A DNA stretch of 64,000 nucleotides from positions 114,032-178,031 of the forward strand of contig JBMOMC010000045.1 of assembly GCA_049325335.1 (NCBI GenBank), given 5' to 3'. Position numbers and translations under genes: made by a program. Positions 11,377 through 21,221 of the stretch are shown here, piece by piece. The notes under the pieces are model-generated. The model saw nothing but the letters and a program-made list of their open reading frames with translations. It searched no databases and had not been told where the DNA came from. The first letter of the stretch is position 1. Every line of letters starts with the position of its first letter. This DNA comes from Nitrospirota bacterium (GTDB lineage Bacteria > Nitrospirota > Nitrospiria > 2-01-FULL-66-17).

Positions 11377-12453
11377 TTACCTGAGTTTTAATGTGCTGAG
11401 ACTCAACAACGCCAAGATGATCGCGATGATCCAAAACCGCACCACGACCTTCGGCTCCTCCCACCCCTTGAGTTCAAAATGGTGGTGGATCGGCGCCATC
11501 AAAAACACCCGTTTGCCGCGGGACTTAAACGACGCGACCTGAAAAATCACGGACAGCGCTTCGATCACGAAGAGGCCGCCAACCAGCAACAACAGCAACT
11601 CGTGTTTGGACACTACCGCGACCAGTCCCAGCGCGGCGCCGAGCGGTAGGGACCCCACGTCGCCCATGAACACCGTGGCCGGATACGTGTTGAACCATAG
11701 GAACCCGAGACTCGCGCCGATCATGGCCCCGCAAAATACCGCGAGTTCCCCTGCCCCCTCGATGTACGAAATCAAGAGATAGTCCGCGATTTTGCGGTGC
11801 CCCGCGGCGTACGCCACGATCATGTACGCGGTGGCCGCCACGATGATCGGGCCGATCGCAAGCCCGTCGAGGCCGTCGGTGAGGTTCACCGCGTTGGACG
11901 ACCCCACCACCACCAACACCACCAGCACGAAATAGAACCAGCCCAGATCCACGGTGACGGATTTGATGAACGGCAGCGCGATGTGGGTCGAGAACCCGGG
12001 GCCTGTGGCCAACACCGCCGCGGCCACCGCGGCCACCACCACTTGCAGCGAAAATTTGTACCGCGGGATCAAGCCGCGTGAATGGCGCTTCACCACCTTG
12101 AGGTAGTCATCCCAGAATCCGATGAGCCCGAATCCGATGGTGGCCAGCAACACCACCCACACGTATCGCTTGCTCAGATCGGCCCACAACACGGTGGAGC
12201 CGACCACCGCGATGAGGATCAGCAGGCCGCCCATGGTGGGGGTTCCGGATTTGGCCTGGTGCGACTTGGGTCCCTCCTCGCGGATCTGCTGGCCGATGTG
12301 CAGGCGCTGCAGCCAGCGGATCACCGCGGGGCCGAGCAGAAAACTGATCACCAACGCGGTCAGCACGGCGTAGATCGTGCGGAACGTGATGTACCGGAAC
12401 ACGTTGAGGAACACGTATTCGGTGTGCAGCGGGTACAGCAGGTGATAGATCAT
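11377..12453 (-). CDS. mraY: Phospho-N-acetylmuramoyl-pentapeptide transferase
   Basis: [44 protein letters not shown]; real start MIYHLLY at 12453. Confidence 0.98.
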   Translation of the reverse strand: MIYHLLYPLHTEYVFLNVFRYITFRTIYAVLTALVISFLLGPAVIRWLQRLHIGQQIREEGPKSHQAKSGTPTMGGLLILIAVVGSTVLWADLSKRYVWVVLLATIGFGLIGFWDDYLKVVKRHSRGLIPRYKFSLQVVVAAVAAAVLATGPGFSTHIALPFIKSVTVDLGWFYFVLVVLVVVGSSNAVNLTDGLDGLAIGPIIVAATAYMIVAYAAGHRKIADYLLISYIEGAGELAVFCGAMIGASLGFLWFNTYPATVFMGDVGSLPLGAALGLVAVVSKHELLLLLVGGLFVIEALSVIFQVASFKSRGKRVFLMAPIHHHFELKGWEEPKVVVRFWIIAIILALLSLSTLKLR

Positions 12454-13895
12454 CCGGACTCCGTGAGACGGGACGTCGTCGCGCCCGCCATCAACCCCTT
12501 GACCACGCGCTCCAACCCCACGGCCCGCGAGCCCTTCACGAGGACGACATCCCCCGGCCGACTCCGCGCCGCGATCACCGGCACCGCGTCCTCCGCGGTC
12601 GCCACCCACGTGATCGCGGCCGCCGACATGCCCGCGCGAACGGCTTCGTCGGCCATCCATCGCGCGGCGGGGCCGACCGCAACCAGGCCGTCGAGCCCCG
12701 CGGCCGCCGCGGCCCGTCCCACCTCCCGGTGCAAGGCCTCGGACGCGTCCCCCAGTTCCCGCATCTCCCCCAACACGGCCCACACGCGGCCCGCGCCGCG
12801 CAAGCGCATCACCGCCTCCAGCGCTCGCTCCATGGACGACGGGTTGGCGTTGTAGGCGTCGTTGAACACGTCCACGCCCGCCGGCGTGGTGAGCAGTTCG
12901 CTGCGCATCGCGGCGGGCCGGAACGATTCGAGCCCCGCGCGGACCGCGTCGAGATCGACCCCGACCGCCGCGGCCACGGCTGCCGCAGCAGTGGCATTGG
13001 CCGCGTTGTGTCGGCCCACGACCGGCAACACGCACTCAATGACCGATCCGCCGTACCGGATCTCCACCCGCGTGCCGGCCCGCGTGGGTTCGCCGACGAT
13101 CCGCCCCCGCACGTCCGCCTCGCCCAGGCCGAACGTCAGGGACTCGCCGCGCAACCCCTTGCGGAGCGCCATCACGTGTGGATCGTCCGCGTTGAGCACC
13201 GCCGTGCCGTCCGCGGGCAACGCCGCGAACAACTCTCCCTTGGCGCGGGCCACGCCCTCGAGTCCGCCGAACCCTTCCAGGTGCGCGCGGCCGACGTTGG
13301 TGATGACCCCCACCGTGGGACGGGCGATCTCGCACAACCGCGTCATCTCGCCGTGGTGATTGATGCCCAGTTCCACCACGGCCGCACGATGGTCCGGCCT
13401 GAGGCCGAACAAGGTCAGCGGCACCCCGATGTGGTTGTTGAGGTTGCCCTGCGTCTTGAGCACGCCGCCGCCGCGGGCCAGAATCGCCGCCGCCATGTCC
13501 TTGGTCGTGGTTTTGCCGTTGCTGCCGGTCACCCCGATCACCGGAATCGCGAACCGCGACCGATACGCGGCGGCCGCGTCCTGCAGCGCGCGCAACGGAT
13601 CGTCCACCGCGATGATGACCGCGTCGCGCCCGTGCCACACCGAGGGATCGGGCGCCGACGCCGCGGCCACCACCGCGCCACACGCGCCCGACGCGAGCGC
13701 GTCGGCCACGTACGCGGCCCCGTCGAATCGCTCGCCGGCGAGCGCCCAAAACAGGACGCCCGGCTCCAATCGGCGCGAGTCCGTGGAGATCGCCTCGATC
13801 ACGGCGTCCGGTCGGCCCACCAGCACCCGACCCTGTACCGCGGCCGCCAAATCACGCGCAAGAAACATGTCCACGCACCCCGCGGTCCGGTTCAC
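12450..13895 (-). CDS. murF: UDP-MurNAc-tripeptide--D-Ala-D-Ala ligase
   Basis: [41 protein letters not shown]. Confidence 0.97.
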   Translation of the reverse strand: MNRTAGCVDMFLARDLAAAVQGRVLVGRPDAVIEAISTDSRRLEPGVLFWALAGERFDGAAYVADALASGACGAVVAAASAPDPSVWHGRDAVIIAVDDPLRALQDAAAAYRSRFAIPVIGVTGSNGKTTTKDMAAAILARGGGVLKTQGNLNNHIGVPLTLFGLRPDHRAAVVELGINHHGEMTRLCEIARPTVGVITNVGRAHLEGFGGLEGVARAKGELFAALPADGTAVLNADDPHVMALRKGLRGESLTFGLGEADVRGRIVGEPTRAGTRVEIRYGGSVIECVLPVVGRHNAANATAAAAVAAAVGVDLDAVRAGLESFRPAAMRSELLTTPAGVDVFNDAYNANPSSMERALEAVMRLRGAGRVWAVLGEMRELGDASEALHREVGRAAAAAGLDGLVAVGPAARWMADEAVRAGMSAAAITWVATAEDAVPVIAARSRPGDVVLVKGSRAVGLERVVKGLMAGATTSRLTESG

Positions 13896-15454
13896 GCGGA
13901 CCGCGCTCGGCGCGCGAGCCGCCGCTCGATGGCGTCCCGCGCCACCGCGCGGTCGTCGAACGCGAGCCGCCGCTCGCCGATGAGTTGATAGTCCTCATGC
14001 CCCTTTCCCGCAATCACGATCAGATCCCCGGGCTCCGCCGCCTGCACCGCCCGCTCGATCGCCTCGCGTCGATCCGGCACGGTCAGATACGGCTGCCGGG
14101 AGACCGGGTCCGGTTGCTCCGGACCGCGCGCGGCGAGTTCCTCGCGCAACCCGCGTTCGATCGCGGCGAGGATCGCCTGGGGATCTTCTCCTCGAGGATT
14201 GTCCGAGGTGAGGATCACGAGGTCGCTGGCGCGGGCGGCCACGCGGCCCATGGGCGCGCGTTTGCCGGGGTCGCGGTCCCCGCCGCACCCGAACACGGTG
14301 ATCAGGCGTCCACGGCACACCTCGCGCGCAACCGCCAACACCCGTTGCAGCGCGTCTTCCGTGTGCGCGTAGTCCACCACCACGGTAAAATCCTGGCCCG
14401 CGTCGACCTTCTCGAAGCGGCCCGGCACCCGGGTCATTCCGGCCACGCCCGCACGGACCGCGTCCATCGGCACGTCTTGCCCCACCGCGGTCGCGGTCGC
14501 GGCCAGCAGGTTCGACAGATTATACGACCCCAGCAACGGCGAGGTGAGGTCGAGTCCCCCTTTCGGGGTCCGCACGCGACAACGAAGCCCCTCCACGGTC
14601 GAAGACACGGATTCGGGACGCACGTCGGCCGCGGGGTCCAAGCCGAAGGTCCACACCGGCTCGCGCGAGGCGCGCGCCATCTCGTTCCAACGCGGGTCGT
14701 CGCGGTTGATCACCGCGAGCCGCGGTCGGTCCTTCGGATTGTCCCGTCCCAGGGATTCGAACAGCCGTTGCTTGGCCGCGGCGTAGGCGTCCATGGTGCC
14801 GTGAAAATCCAGATGATCCTGGGTCAGGTTCGTGAACACGCCCACGTCGAACGCGCAGCCCGCGACCCGATCCTGCGCCAATGCGTGCGACGACACTTCC
14901 ATCACCACGTCGCTCACGTTGCGGTCCGACATCTCCGCCAGCAGGGCCTGAAGCGTCTCGGCATCCGGCGTGGTATGCGGCGCGGGACGCACGTCCTCGC
15001 CGATCGCGTACGCCACGGTGCCGATCAGGCCGGTGTGACGGCCCCCCGCCTCGTACATCGATCGAATCAGGTGCGTGGTGGTGGTTTTCCCGTTGGTGCC
15101 GGTCACCCCGATCATGCCGAGCCGGTGCGAGGGCTCGCCCCACCACCGGGCCGCCACCACGCCGAACCACGCGGCCCCGTCAGGGGCCACGACGCGCGCG
15201 AGATCGGCCGGGCCCGCCACGCGCCGGATCGCGTCGGCATCCGCCCCCGCGATCGCTGCGGCGCCGCGCGCGATCGCGTCGTCCAAAAACCGATGCCCGT
15301 CTACGCGCGCGCCGCGCAACGCCACGAACAACGTCCCGGGAATGACCCGGCGCGAGTCCGCGGTCACACGCGTGATCTCGCGCTCCAAACCGCCCGAGAC
15401 CGATAGGCCGGCAACCCCGTGGAGCAGATCGCCGAGGCGACGCGACGCGGTCAT
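13892..15454 (-). CDS. murE: UDP-MurNAc-dipeptide--meso-DAP ligase
   Basis: TGTNGKTTT, TTPD, MEVSSH, DHLDFH, DYAHT, FGCGGDRD, DNPR (DAP-specific motif), AGKGHE. Confidence 0.97.
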   Translation of the reverse strand: MTASRRLGDLLHGVAGLSVSGGLEREITRVTADSRRVIPGTLFVALRGARVDGHRFLDDAIARGAAAIAGADADAIRRVAGPADLARVVAPDGAAWFGVVAARWWGEPSHRLGMIGVTGTNGKTTTTHLIRSMYEAGGRHTGLIGTVAYAIGEDVRPAPHTTPDAETLQALLAEMSDRNVSDVVMEVSSHALAQDRVAGCAFDVGVFTNLTQDHLDFHGTMDAYAAAKQRLFESLGRDNPKDRPRLAVINRDDPRWNEMARASREPVWTFGLDPAADVRPESVSSTVEGLRCRVRTPKGGLDLTSPLLGSYNLSNLLAATATAVGQDVPMDAVRAGVAGMTRVPGRFEKVDAGQDFTVVVDYAHTEDALQRVLAVAREVCRGRLITVFGCGGDRDPGKRAPMGRVAARASDLVILTSDNPRGEDPQAILAAIERGLREELAARGPEQPDPVSRQPYLTVPDRREAIERAVQAAEPGDLIVIAGKGHEDYQLIGERRLAFDDRAVARDAIERRLARRARSA

Positions 15455-17196
15455 CGCCACGCCACCCGCAGCAAATGCTCCTGCGGCGCCGTCGGTGCCG
15501 CCGGCGCGCTCAGGTACCGCAACGAGGCCTCGGCCACGCGCGCGAACACCGGCGCCGCGGTCCGTCCGCCCCACCCGCGTCCTTTCGGATTGTCCAACAC
15601 CACCGCGATCACCATGGCCGGACGGTTCGACGGCGCAAAACCGATGAACGACGCGGTCTCCCGATCCGCCGAGTATCGTCCGGTTTCGGGATCGATCTGC
15701 TGCGCGGTGCCCGTCTTGCCCGCCACGCGCACGCCGTCGATGGCCGCGAGGCCTCCCGTGCCGCTGCCACCGACCACCCCTTCCAGCAGCCGCGCCATCC
15801 GCGCCGCGGTCGCCTCGGACATCACGCGAACCCCCGGTGCCGCCGACGCCGCGCGCTCCAAGTCACGGCCGTCCGCCCCACGGACTTGGGCCACCACGTG
15901 GGGCGTGACCAGCCGACCGCCGTTGGCCACCGCCGCGTACGCGGCCGCCAGTTGGACCGTCGTCACCGCGATTTCTTGGCCGATTGCGATCGTCACCGCC
16001 GACCGCTTGGACCACCGCTCCAACGGAGGCACCCGGCCGGCCACTTCTCCGCCGAGGTCGATCCCGGTCTTCCGCCCGAATCCGAACGTCGTGATCGCGC
16101 GACGGAGCCGATCCGGTCCCAGCCGCTGCGCGATCTTGGCGGTCCCGATGTTGCTGGACTTGGCGATCACTTCCGAGAACGGCACCCGCCCCAACGGGTC
16201 GTGGTCGTGCAGCGCGCCACCGGGAATCGGCCATCGTCCCTGTTCACAGTCGATGATCTCATCGGGGCGGACCACGCCGGCATCCAGCGCCGCGGCCGCG
16301 GTCACGATCTTAAAGGTCGAGCCCGGCTCGAACGTGTCGGTGATGGCCCGGTTGCGCCAGGACTCCGGACGCGAACCGCTCGGTTCGTTCGGATTAAACA
16401 CGGGACGGATAGCCAAGGCGAGCACGCCGCCGTCCCACGGGTCCATCACGATCACGGTGCCGCTCTCCGCGCCGGTTTCGGCGAGGGCCGCGTCGAGCTC
16501 CCGCTCGCTGATGTGTTGAATGCCTTCGTCGATCGTCAAGATTAGGTCTCGGCCGCGCGAGGGCGCCACGTATTCCAGTCCCTTGGGGAACAGTCGTTTC
16601 CCCGCGCCGTCACGCTCGTACACGAGCCGTCCCTTTTCCCCGCGCAGTTCGCGGTCGTAGAACCGCTCCACCCCCTCCAATCCGACGTGATCGGTTCCGG
16701 CGAATCCCAACACGTGACTCAACAACGTCTTGCGCGGATATATGCGCGCGGGCTCGGGCACCACGCGCACACCCTCGGCGCCCAATTCTTCCACGGCGCG
16801 GGCCACCGCGGGATCGACCCGACGCTCCAGCCAAATGAACCCGCGATCTTCGGCCAATCGTCTCGCCAACGCGTTGGCGTCCACGCGCAGCACCGTGGCC
16901 AGTTCCCGGGCGATGGACATGGGGTTGTCGATCAGCGGCGGCGCCGCGTACAGCGATGGCACGGTCAAATCCGTGGCCAACACCCGGCCGTTGCGGTCGA
17001 AAATCGTGCCCCGTTCGGCCTCCACCGTGATCGATTTTTCGTGTTGACGCTCGGCCCGTTGTGCCAGCTCCGGACCGCGGATCACGTGCAGGTATACGAC
17101 CCGCGCGGCCAACGCCGCGTAGAGCAATGCGAACGCGCCGAACACCCACAACGCGCGACGGCGCGCCGCGCGATCCGCGTCCTCAGGGCGCCGCAT
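15451..17196 (-). CDS. ftsI: Class B penicillin-binding protein FtsI/PBP3
   Basis: RGTIFDRNG, EPGSTFK (SxxK), SSN (SxN), KTGT. Confidence 0.97.
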   Translation of the reverse strand: MRRPEDADRAARRRALWVFGAFALLYAALAARVVYLHVIRGPELAQRAERQHEKSITVEAERGTIFDRNGRVLATDLTVPSLYAAPPLIDNPMSIARELATVLRVDANALARRLAEDRGFIWLERRVDPAVARAVEELGAEGVRVVPEPARIYPRKTLLSHVLGFAGTDHVGLEGVERFYDRELRGEKGRLVYERDGAGKRLFPKGLEYVAPSRGRDLILTIDEGIQHISERELDAALAETGAESGTVIVMDPWDGGVLALAIRPVFNPNEPSGSRPESWRNRAITDTFEPGSTFKIVTAAAALDAGVVRPDEIIDCEQGRWPIPGGALHDHDPLGRVPFSEVIAKSSNIGTAKIAQRLGPDRLRRAITTFGFGRKTGIDLGGEVAGRVPPLERWSKRSAVTIAIGQEIAVTTVQLAAAYAAVANGGRLVTPHVVAQVRGADGRDLERAASAAPGVRVMSEATAARMARLLEGVVGGSGTGGLAAIDGVRVAGKTGTAQQIDPETGRYSADRETASFIGFAPSNRPAMVIAVVLDNPKGRGWGGRTAAPVFARVAEASLRYLSAPAAPTAPQEHLLRVAWR

Positions 17197-17554
17197 GCGC
17201 TTCCGTCGCGAGCACGCCGCGGCCGACCGCCGCGACCAGCGTCCGCCCGTCCTCCGACGAGGGGTCCGGAAGCCGCATCACCACCGCGTCGCGGGGCGGC
17301 GTGTGCGTCAGGCCCATGGCCCGCGCCAGCGGTTCGATCCGGTCGAGCGACGCCAGGCTTTCCCGTTCAATCAACAATTGACGCTGCAACCGCTCCAGAC
17401 GAGCTTTTTCGGCCTGCAGGTGCTCGGTTTCATACCCCAACTGAATGGTCCGATGATGGTGCCACAACGCCGCGACGCTCAGCGCGATCACCACGCCCCA
17501 AATCGCCCACACGCTGCGCGGGCGACGGCACCACTCCGTCACGCTGTTGATCAT
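17183..17554 (-). CDS. ftsL: Cell division protein FtsL
   Basis: TM helix plus coiled coil (LGYETEHL...SLASLDRIE); position between rsmH and ftsI. Confidence 0.8.
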   Translation of the reverse strand: MINSVTEWCRRPRSVWAIWGVVIALSVAALWHHHRTIQLGYETEHLQAEKARLERLQRQLLIERESLASLDRIEPLARAMGLTHTPPRDAVVMRLPDPSSEDGRTLVAAVGRGVLATEAHAAP

Positions 17555-17593
17555 GCGCGCCCCATCACCACCGACGTACGACGCCCATTGGCG

Positions 17594-18547
17594 TTACGCG
17601 GCCGCGCGTTCCACCGCGCGCAGCTTCGCGCTCCGCGCGCGGGGATTTCGCTCGATCTCGTCGGGATCCGCGACGACCGGCCGCGCGGTGAGCACCCGGG
17701 CCCGGCGCACCCGGCCGCACCCGCACACGGGAAGCCCGGGCGGACACACGCACGCGCCCTCCCAACGTCGGAATGTTTGTTTGACGATGCGGTCTTCCAG
17801 CGAATGAAACGAGAGCACGACCAACCGCCCGCCGACCGTTAAACACCCGCGCGCGGCCTCGAGTGTGGGCGCCAGATCCTCCAGTTCCCGGTTCACCGCG
17901 ATGCGCAACGCCTGAAACGTGCGGGTCGCGGGGTGCGGGTGCGGCGCGCGAAATTTGGCCGGCAGCGCGCCGACCACGAGGTCGGCCAGGTCCTTCGTGC
18001 CCGTGAGCGGACGCACGTCCCGCGCGCGCGCGATCGCGGCGGCGATCCGACCGGCCCACCGTTCCTCGCCGTACTCGCGAAGAAGATCGGCCAACGCGTC
18101 CTCGTCCCATTCATTGACGATCACGGCCGCGGTCAACGGGTTGCGGCGATTCATGCGCATGTCCAGCGGCCCATCGGCCTGGAACGAGAAACCCCGTTCG
18201 GGCGTATCCAACTGGAGCGACGACACCCCGAGATCGAGCAGCACCCCGTCCACGCGCTCCCATCCCTCCCGCGCCAACACGTCGGGCAACGCGCGCGCGT
18301 CGGCGTGGTGCAGCCGCGCGCGGTCCGCGGGCAACCGCGTCCGCGCGATCGCCAACGCGTCCTCGTCGCGATCGAGCCCCACCAAGAGGCCGTCGGGAGC
18401 GCACGCATCGAGTATCGCCGCGGCGTGTCCACCCAAGCCCACGGTCAGATCCGCCATGCGACGCCCAGGCGCGCACGCCAGCCACTGCACGACCTCGTGA
18501 ACCATGACCGGGTGGTGGATCGCCGCCATGCACGTCACTCCGATCAA
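17594..18547 (-). CDS. rsmH: 16S rRNA m4C1402 methyltransferase
   Basis: HHPVM, DLTVGLGGHA, DLGVSSLQLD, PLDMRM, FHSLEDRIVK, NPRARSAKLR. Confidence 0.98.
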   Translation of the reverse strand: MIGVTCMAAIHHPVMVHEVVQWLACAPGRRMADLTVGLGGHAAAILDACAPDGLLVGLDRDEDALAIARTRLPADRARLHHADARALPDVLAREGWERVDGVLLDLGVSSLQLDTPERGFSFQADGPLDMRMNRRNPLTAAVIVNEWDEDALADLLREYGEERWAGRIAAAIARARDVRPLTGTKDLADLVVGALPAKFRAPHPHPATRTFQALRIAVNRELEDLAPTLEAARGCLTVGGRLVVLSFHSLEDRIVKQTFRRWEGACVCPPGLPVCGCGRVRRARVLTARPVVADPDEIERNPRARSAKLRAVERAAA

Positions 18548-18551
18548 GCAT

Positions 18552-18995
18552 CTAGACTCCGTACTGCGCGATCGTGTTGACTATCTGGGCCAGATCCCGC
18601 GCCACCTGTTCGGATTTCGTCGCCCACCGCGCGAGCGACCATGCTTCCATATGGCCGTCAACCCCGACCAACATCACATCCCGCTCCAACCCCGCGTACC
18701 GGCGCAGCTCGGGCGGGATGAGAATCCGTCCTTGTCCGTCGAGCGCGCAGTCCGCCGCCTCGCTAAACAGAAACCGTTTGTAGTCCTTCACCGCCGGCCC
18801 TGAATTGGGAATCGCCTGTATCTTGGCCGCGCGCTGTCGCCACTCATCCAGCGGCAAAATGGCCAAACACTGCTCCGGGTCCTTGGTCACGACCACGGTC
18901 CCGGATGCCCGCTGAGCCAACAGCTCGCGATACTTTCCCGGAATGCTCAACCGGCCTTTGGCGTCGATCGTATGTTTGTACTGACCAAAAAACAT
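18552..18995 (-). CDS. mraZ: Division/cell wall cluster repressor MraZ
   Basis: MFFGQYKHTIDAKGRLSIP and LDGQGRILIP duplicated motifs; first gene of the dcw cluster. Confidence 0.97.
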   Translation of the reverse strand: MFFGQYKHTIDAKGRLSIPGKYRELLAQRASGTVVVTKDPEQCLAILPLDEWRQRAAKIQAIPNSGPAVKDYKRFLFSEAADCALDGQGRILIPPELRRYAGLERDVMLVGVDGHMEAWSLARWATKSEQVARDLAQIVNTIAQYGV

Positions 18996-19007
18996 ATGGC
19001 GCATGAA

Positions 19008-19040
19008 CCTACCCTATCCCACTTTGCCCCACTTTGTGGG
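19008..19040 (-). promoter_or_regulatory. MraZ-binding direct repeats (GTGGG-N5-GTGGG-N5-GTAGG)
   Basis: Minus strand reads AAAGTGGG gc AAAGTGGG at AGGGTAGG with 10-bp period just upstream of mraZ; matches the known MraZ TGGG-repeat operator. Confidence 0.8.
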
Positions 19041-19044
19041 TTGA

Positions 19045-19074
19045 AACGTAACTCAAATGGGCCAATAAGGTCAA
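19045..19074 (-). promoter_or_regulatory. Candidate sigma70 promoter of the dcw operon (TTGACC-N18-TACGTT)
   Basis: Consensus-like hexamers directly upstream of the MraZ boxes. Confidence 0.45.
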
Positions 19075-19151
19075 GCGAAAAACGCGGCAAATACGCGATC
19101 GATCAAGATTCGGCCGTGATTCAATTCGAGTCGGCAACCATCCGCCCTGCC

Positions 19152-19182
19152 TTGACACGTTTTTCCCCTATTTGCTAATAAT
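19152..19182 (+). promoter_or_regulatory. Candidate sigma70 promoter of the sulfur-carrier operon (TTGACA ... TGcTAATAAT)
   Basis: Perfect -35 followed by an AT-rich extended -10 in a GC-rich genome. Confidence 0.55.
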
Positions 19183-19278
19183 GAAGTTCTTTTTGAATGT
19201 GCGGTGGCTCCGACGCGCAGAGGACGCGGTGATGCGCGCCGGCGGCGATGACTTCCGACAACCGGTACAGGGATCGCG

Positions 19279-19479
19279 ATGAAGGTCAAACTCAACGGCA
19301 AGAGCGAAGATATCCCAGAAACAACCGTGTTCGACTTACTAAAAGCCCGCAACATCGAACCACAAATGGTCTCGGTGGAACATAACCTCAAAATCCTCGA
19401 AAAAGAGGAATTTGCGGCGACGAAGATCCGCGACGGCGATACGATCGAAATTCTCTATTACATGGGCGGGGGCGGGTGA
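19279..19479 (+). CDS. thiS: ThiS-family ubiquitin-like sulfur carrier protein
   Basis: 66 aa, MKVKLNG...DGDTIEILYYMGGGG; C-terminal Gly-Gly. Confidence 0.88.
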   Translation: MKVKLNGKSEDIPETTVFDLLKARNIEPQMVSVEHNLKILEKEEFAATKIRDGDTIEILYYMGGGG

Positions 19480-20396
19480 ACTCGGCGTCGGACGCCACGG
19501 CCCTGATCGGGGGCACGCCGCTGGTAAAAATTCAGGATGACGGCGACGGCGCGGAGATTTTCGCCAAACTCGAATCCGCGAATCCGGGGGGAAGCGTTAA
19601 AGATCGCATTTGCCTGAACATGATCGCTGCGGCTGAGCGCGCGGGGCGGCTCTCGCAGGGCTCGACCATCGTGGAGCCGACCAGCGGGAATACCGGGATC
19701 GGTTTGGCGCTCATCGCCGCGGTGCGCGGGTACCGGCTCATCCTGCTCATGCCGGAAAGCATGTCCCGCGAACGGATCGATATTCTGAGGGCGTTCGGCG
19801 CGGAGGTCGTGCTCACAAAAGCCGCCCTGGGAATGCCTGGCGCGATCGACGAAGCCCGGAGACTGGTGGCCACGCATGCGGACTACTTTCTCCCGGATCA
19901 ATTCGCCAATCCGGCGAACCCGGACATGCACCGACGCACCACCGGCCCCGAAGTGCTCGCCGCGACCGACGGGCGCGTCGACGCGTTCGTGGCGGGCGTG
20001 GGCACCGGCGGAACGATCACCGGGGTCGGCGAGGTGCTCAAGGCGCACAACCCCGCGGTGCGGATCGTGGCCGTGGAACCCGCCGCGTCGGCGGTGCTCT
20101 CGGGCAAGCCGCCGGGACCGCACAAGATCCAGGGCATCGGCGCCGGGTTTGTGCCGAAGGTCTTGAATACCGCGGTCTTGGATGAGATTATTACGGTAAC
20201 GGACGACGACGCGTACCGGACGAAGAAGGCGCTGGCGGAACGCGAGGGTCTGTTGGTGGGAATCTCTTCCGGCGCCAACGTGTTCGCCGCGAGACAGGTC
20301 GCCAAACGATTGGGCAAGGGACGCCGCGTGGTGACCGTGCTTCCAGATCGCGGCGAGCGGTATTTCAGCATGGAGCGATATTTCAACACGGCGTAG
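19476..20396 (+). CDS. cysK: Cysteine synthase (CysK/CysM family, PLP)
   Basis: GGTPLV, AKLESANPGGSVKDR, EPTSGNTGIG, GVGTGGT, HKIQGIG, GISSGA. Confidence 0.93.
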   Translation: MNSASDATALIGGTPLVKIQDDGDGAEIFAKLESANPGGSVKDRICLNMIAAAERAGRLSQGSTIVEPTSGNTGIGLALIAAVRGYRLILLMPESMSRERIDILRAFGAEVVLTKAALGMPGAIDEARRLVATHADYFLPDQFANPANPDMHRRTTGPEVLAATDGRVDAFVAGVGTGGTITGVGEVLKAHNPAVRIVAVEPAASAVLSGKPPGPHKIQGIGAGFVPKVLNTAVLDEIITVTDDDAYRTKKALAEREGLLVGISSGANVFAARQVAKRLGKGRRVVTVLPDRGERYFSMERYFNTA

Positions 20397-20408
20397 CGGA
20401 GAGCAAAC

Positions 20409-21212
20409 ATGGCAATGACTGAAGATCAGATCAAACGCTACAGCCGGCACATCCTCTTGCCCGAAGTCGGAGGTAAAGGACAGAAGAAAATCGCCAACGC
20501 CAAGGTGTTCATCGTCGGAGCCGGCGGTCTCGGGTCACCCGCCGCGTTGTACTTGGCGGCCGCCGGGGTCGGCACCATCGGCCTGATCGACGGCGACGCG
20601 GTGGATTTGTCCAACCTCCAACGCCAAGTGATTCATCACACGCCGGACGTGTCGCGCCCGAAGATCGACTCCGCGCGCGAGAAGATGACCAACCTCAATC
20701 CGGACGTCACCGTGGTGACGATTCACGATCGCCTCACCGCGAAAAACGCGGTCAACGCGGTCAAGGACTACGACATCATCATCGACGGCACCGATAATTT
20801 CCCGTCGAAATTCCTGATCAACGACACCGCCGTGTTCGCCAAAAAACCATTGGTCCACGGCGGGATTCTGCGTTTCGTGGGGCAGGTGTTGACGATCCTC
20901 CCGGGGCAATCCGCCTGTTATCGGTGCCTGTTTAAAGCGCCGCCGCCCTCCGGCGTGGTGCCGTCCTGCCAAGAAGCGGGCGTGTTGGGCGCGTTGGCGG
21001 GACTGATCGGCACCATCCAGGCGACCGAAGCGCTCAAATTGATTTTGGGCGTGGGACAGCCGTTGACCGACCGGCTGTTGACCTATGACGCGCTGGCCAC
21101 GCGGTTTCGCAACGTCCCGCTGCGCAAGAACCCCCAGTGCCCGGTGTGCGGCGACCACCCGAGCATCACGGAGCCGGTGGACTACGAGCAGGAGGTCTGT
21201 CGGACGGCATAA
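20409..21212 (+). CDS. MoeB/ThiF/HesA E1-like adenylyltransferase 1 (no rhodanese domain)
   Basis: RYSRH, GAGGLGS, SNLQRQ, DGTDNF, CYRC, PSCQEAGVLG, CPVC. Confidence 0.93.
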   Translation: MAMTEDQIKRYSRHILLPEVGGKGQKKIANAKVFIVGAGGLGSPAALYLAAAGVGTIGLIDGDAVDLSNLQRQVIHHTPDVSRPKIDSAREKMTNLNPDVTVVTIHDRLTAKNAVNAVKDYDIIIDGTDNFPSKFLINDTAVFAKKPLVHGGILRFVGQVLTILPGQSACYRCLFKAPPPSGVVPSCQEAGVLGALAGLIGTIQATEALKLILGVGQPLTDRLLTYDALATRFRNVPLRKNPQCPVCGDHPSITEPVDYEQEVCRTA

Positions 21213-21221
21213 CGCCGAACG

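Noticed and set aside
4563..15574. Long N-terminal extensions on ddl, murB, mraY and murE in the ORF track
   Set aside because: They overlap upstream genes; downstream ATGA-coupled starts give normal lengths
117..18580. Many long plus-strand ORFs (e.g. 3049-4698, 6520-8868, 13985-15406)
   Set aside because: Antisense shadows of the dcw genes, expected in high-GC DNA; no recognisable motifs
19185..19278. SAM or TPP riboswitch upstream of thiS-cysK
   Set aside because: No recognisable conserved cores (no ATCxAGAG/GCAACC, no CTGAGA)
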